From assembly GCA_002189035.1 (NCBI GenBank), contig NEEC01000002.1, positions 5,084,001 through 5,148,000 of the forward strand: 64,000 bases of DNA. Reading direction: 5' to 3'. A model generated the notes under the pieces. It searched no databases. It was not told the origin of the DNA and saw only the letters and a list, made by a program, of their open reading frames with translations. How positions within the stretch are numbered: position 1 is the stretch's first letter; each line of letters begins with the position of its first letter. Positions 63,176 through 64,000 of this stretch are shown here, piece after piece. The stretch is from Utricularia gibba (Eukaryota > Plantae > Magnoliophyta). The translations under genes and the position numbers were made by a program.

Positions 63176-64000
63176 CCATCCTCTCCCACTAGTGCTACTC
63201 ACGTAAGGCTCTTTTCACGCACCGCCATGCCAACCTTCCTCGCCAGTGCTATTCGCACGTTGGTTTGTGCTGTCCACGCTTGTCTATTCAGCTTGGCATG
63301 CTATCCACCAGGCCCGCTCACCATCTTCCATTCTTATCATACTTTTCCGGATCGTCACACCTGGAACTCTAAGGCATGGTGATGACTGTCATAATACGAT
63401 TTCATCAGTTGTTGATTGTGATTTAACATGTCCTTGAGGAGCTTGAGAGTTTCCTCCCATGTTTTTAACTCTAAGTCCACTATAGAAATACTAGAACATC
63501 CTCTATCATATGGAATCATTCTTGAAATGAGACGTCCATACACCACCTCAAATGAGGTCATTCTAATACTATTTTAGAAGCTCATATTAGAAGCATATTT
63601 ATCCCATGAGAGCCAATCTGCCCATTTGGTTGGCTTCTCACTCATGAAACACCGGAGGTAAGTTTCTCACACCTTGTTGACGATCTCAATTTGGCCATCG
63701 CTTTACGGGTGATAGGTGGTACAATAATATAACTGAGTGCCTAGTAAGCTCATCAACTCCTCCTAAAAATTACCAGTAAAAATGCAATCTCTATCACTTA
63801 CAATAAATCCAGGCAAACCATGAAGCTTCAAGATCTTTTCAAAAAAATATTTGGCAACTGTAGTATTACTAAAAAGGTGAGATAAAGCTATAAAATGTAC
63901 ATATTTCGACAATTGGTCAACCACCATCATAATACCTGTCTTTTATTAGAACATAACCCCTTGACATTATTAGGTTTAGGCCACTCAGCTATAGCCAAGA

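Larger units (their letters stand above)
61274..63359 (-). mobile_element. Large solo LTR (2086 bp) inserted in the chromovirus integrase
   Basis: TGTAACGA...TCGTCACA termini flanked by CCTGGA on both sides. Minus-strand TATATAA near 62206-62212. No internal direct repeat of the ends and no coding domains. Confidence 0.85.
60539..64000 (-). mobile_element. Chromovirus-type Ty3/Gypsy 3' part: integrase, chromodomain, PPT and 3' LTR
   Basis: Integrase VVDQLSKYVHFIAL...FEVVYGR...LEFQVGE*VWLKL...FCGPYKI...AYKLNL; chromodomain-like EILVHWK*LSPVNAT; purine tract at 60879-60895; LTR at 60539-60878 (TG...CA). Confidence 0.85.

Noticed and set aside
62465-63437. Long overlapping ORFs of 140-187 aa rich in Cys/His/Met on both strands
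   Set aside because: They arise from a stop-poor tandem repeat inside a solo LTR and have no domain signature

Overview
Plant (eudicot-like) nuclear DNA, AT-rich and dominated by nested transposons, with four host genes in the middle. Left block (1-19.1 kb): a degenerate MuDR/Mutator element with long TIRs sits in a Copia RNase H remnant. The block also holds a CRM-like solo LTR, a second Copia carrying an Ac-type hAT MITE and an Athila-like solo LTR, a broken PIF/Harbinger element, a CACTA-like insert, and a solo LTR with an inverted duplication at its edge. Gene island (19.6-43.5 kb): STRAP-type WD40 gene (+), HROB/C17orf53-like OB-fold gene (-), intronless PHD-finger gene (-) and PIF3-like bHLH gene (+), with a complete-ended hAT element upstream of the PIF gene. 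Right block (44-64 kb): a Copia containing a full-length Athila-like element, more solo LTRs and a chromovirus 3' end. I recognised no tRNA, rRNA or CRISPR array, and found no clearly new multi-gene system. The best oddities are: an exact 100-bp PPR (OTP43-like) coding fragment inserted in the MULE promoter repeats; single-base frameshifts in both STRAP and HROB, each with a possible splicing route back into frame; a ~128-bp hairpin at an LTR edge upstream of STRAP; a G-box kept in three copies of one LTR family; and a PIF3-like protein with a degenerate APA motif. All family assignments come from motif recognition by eye, not database searches.
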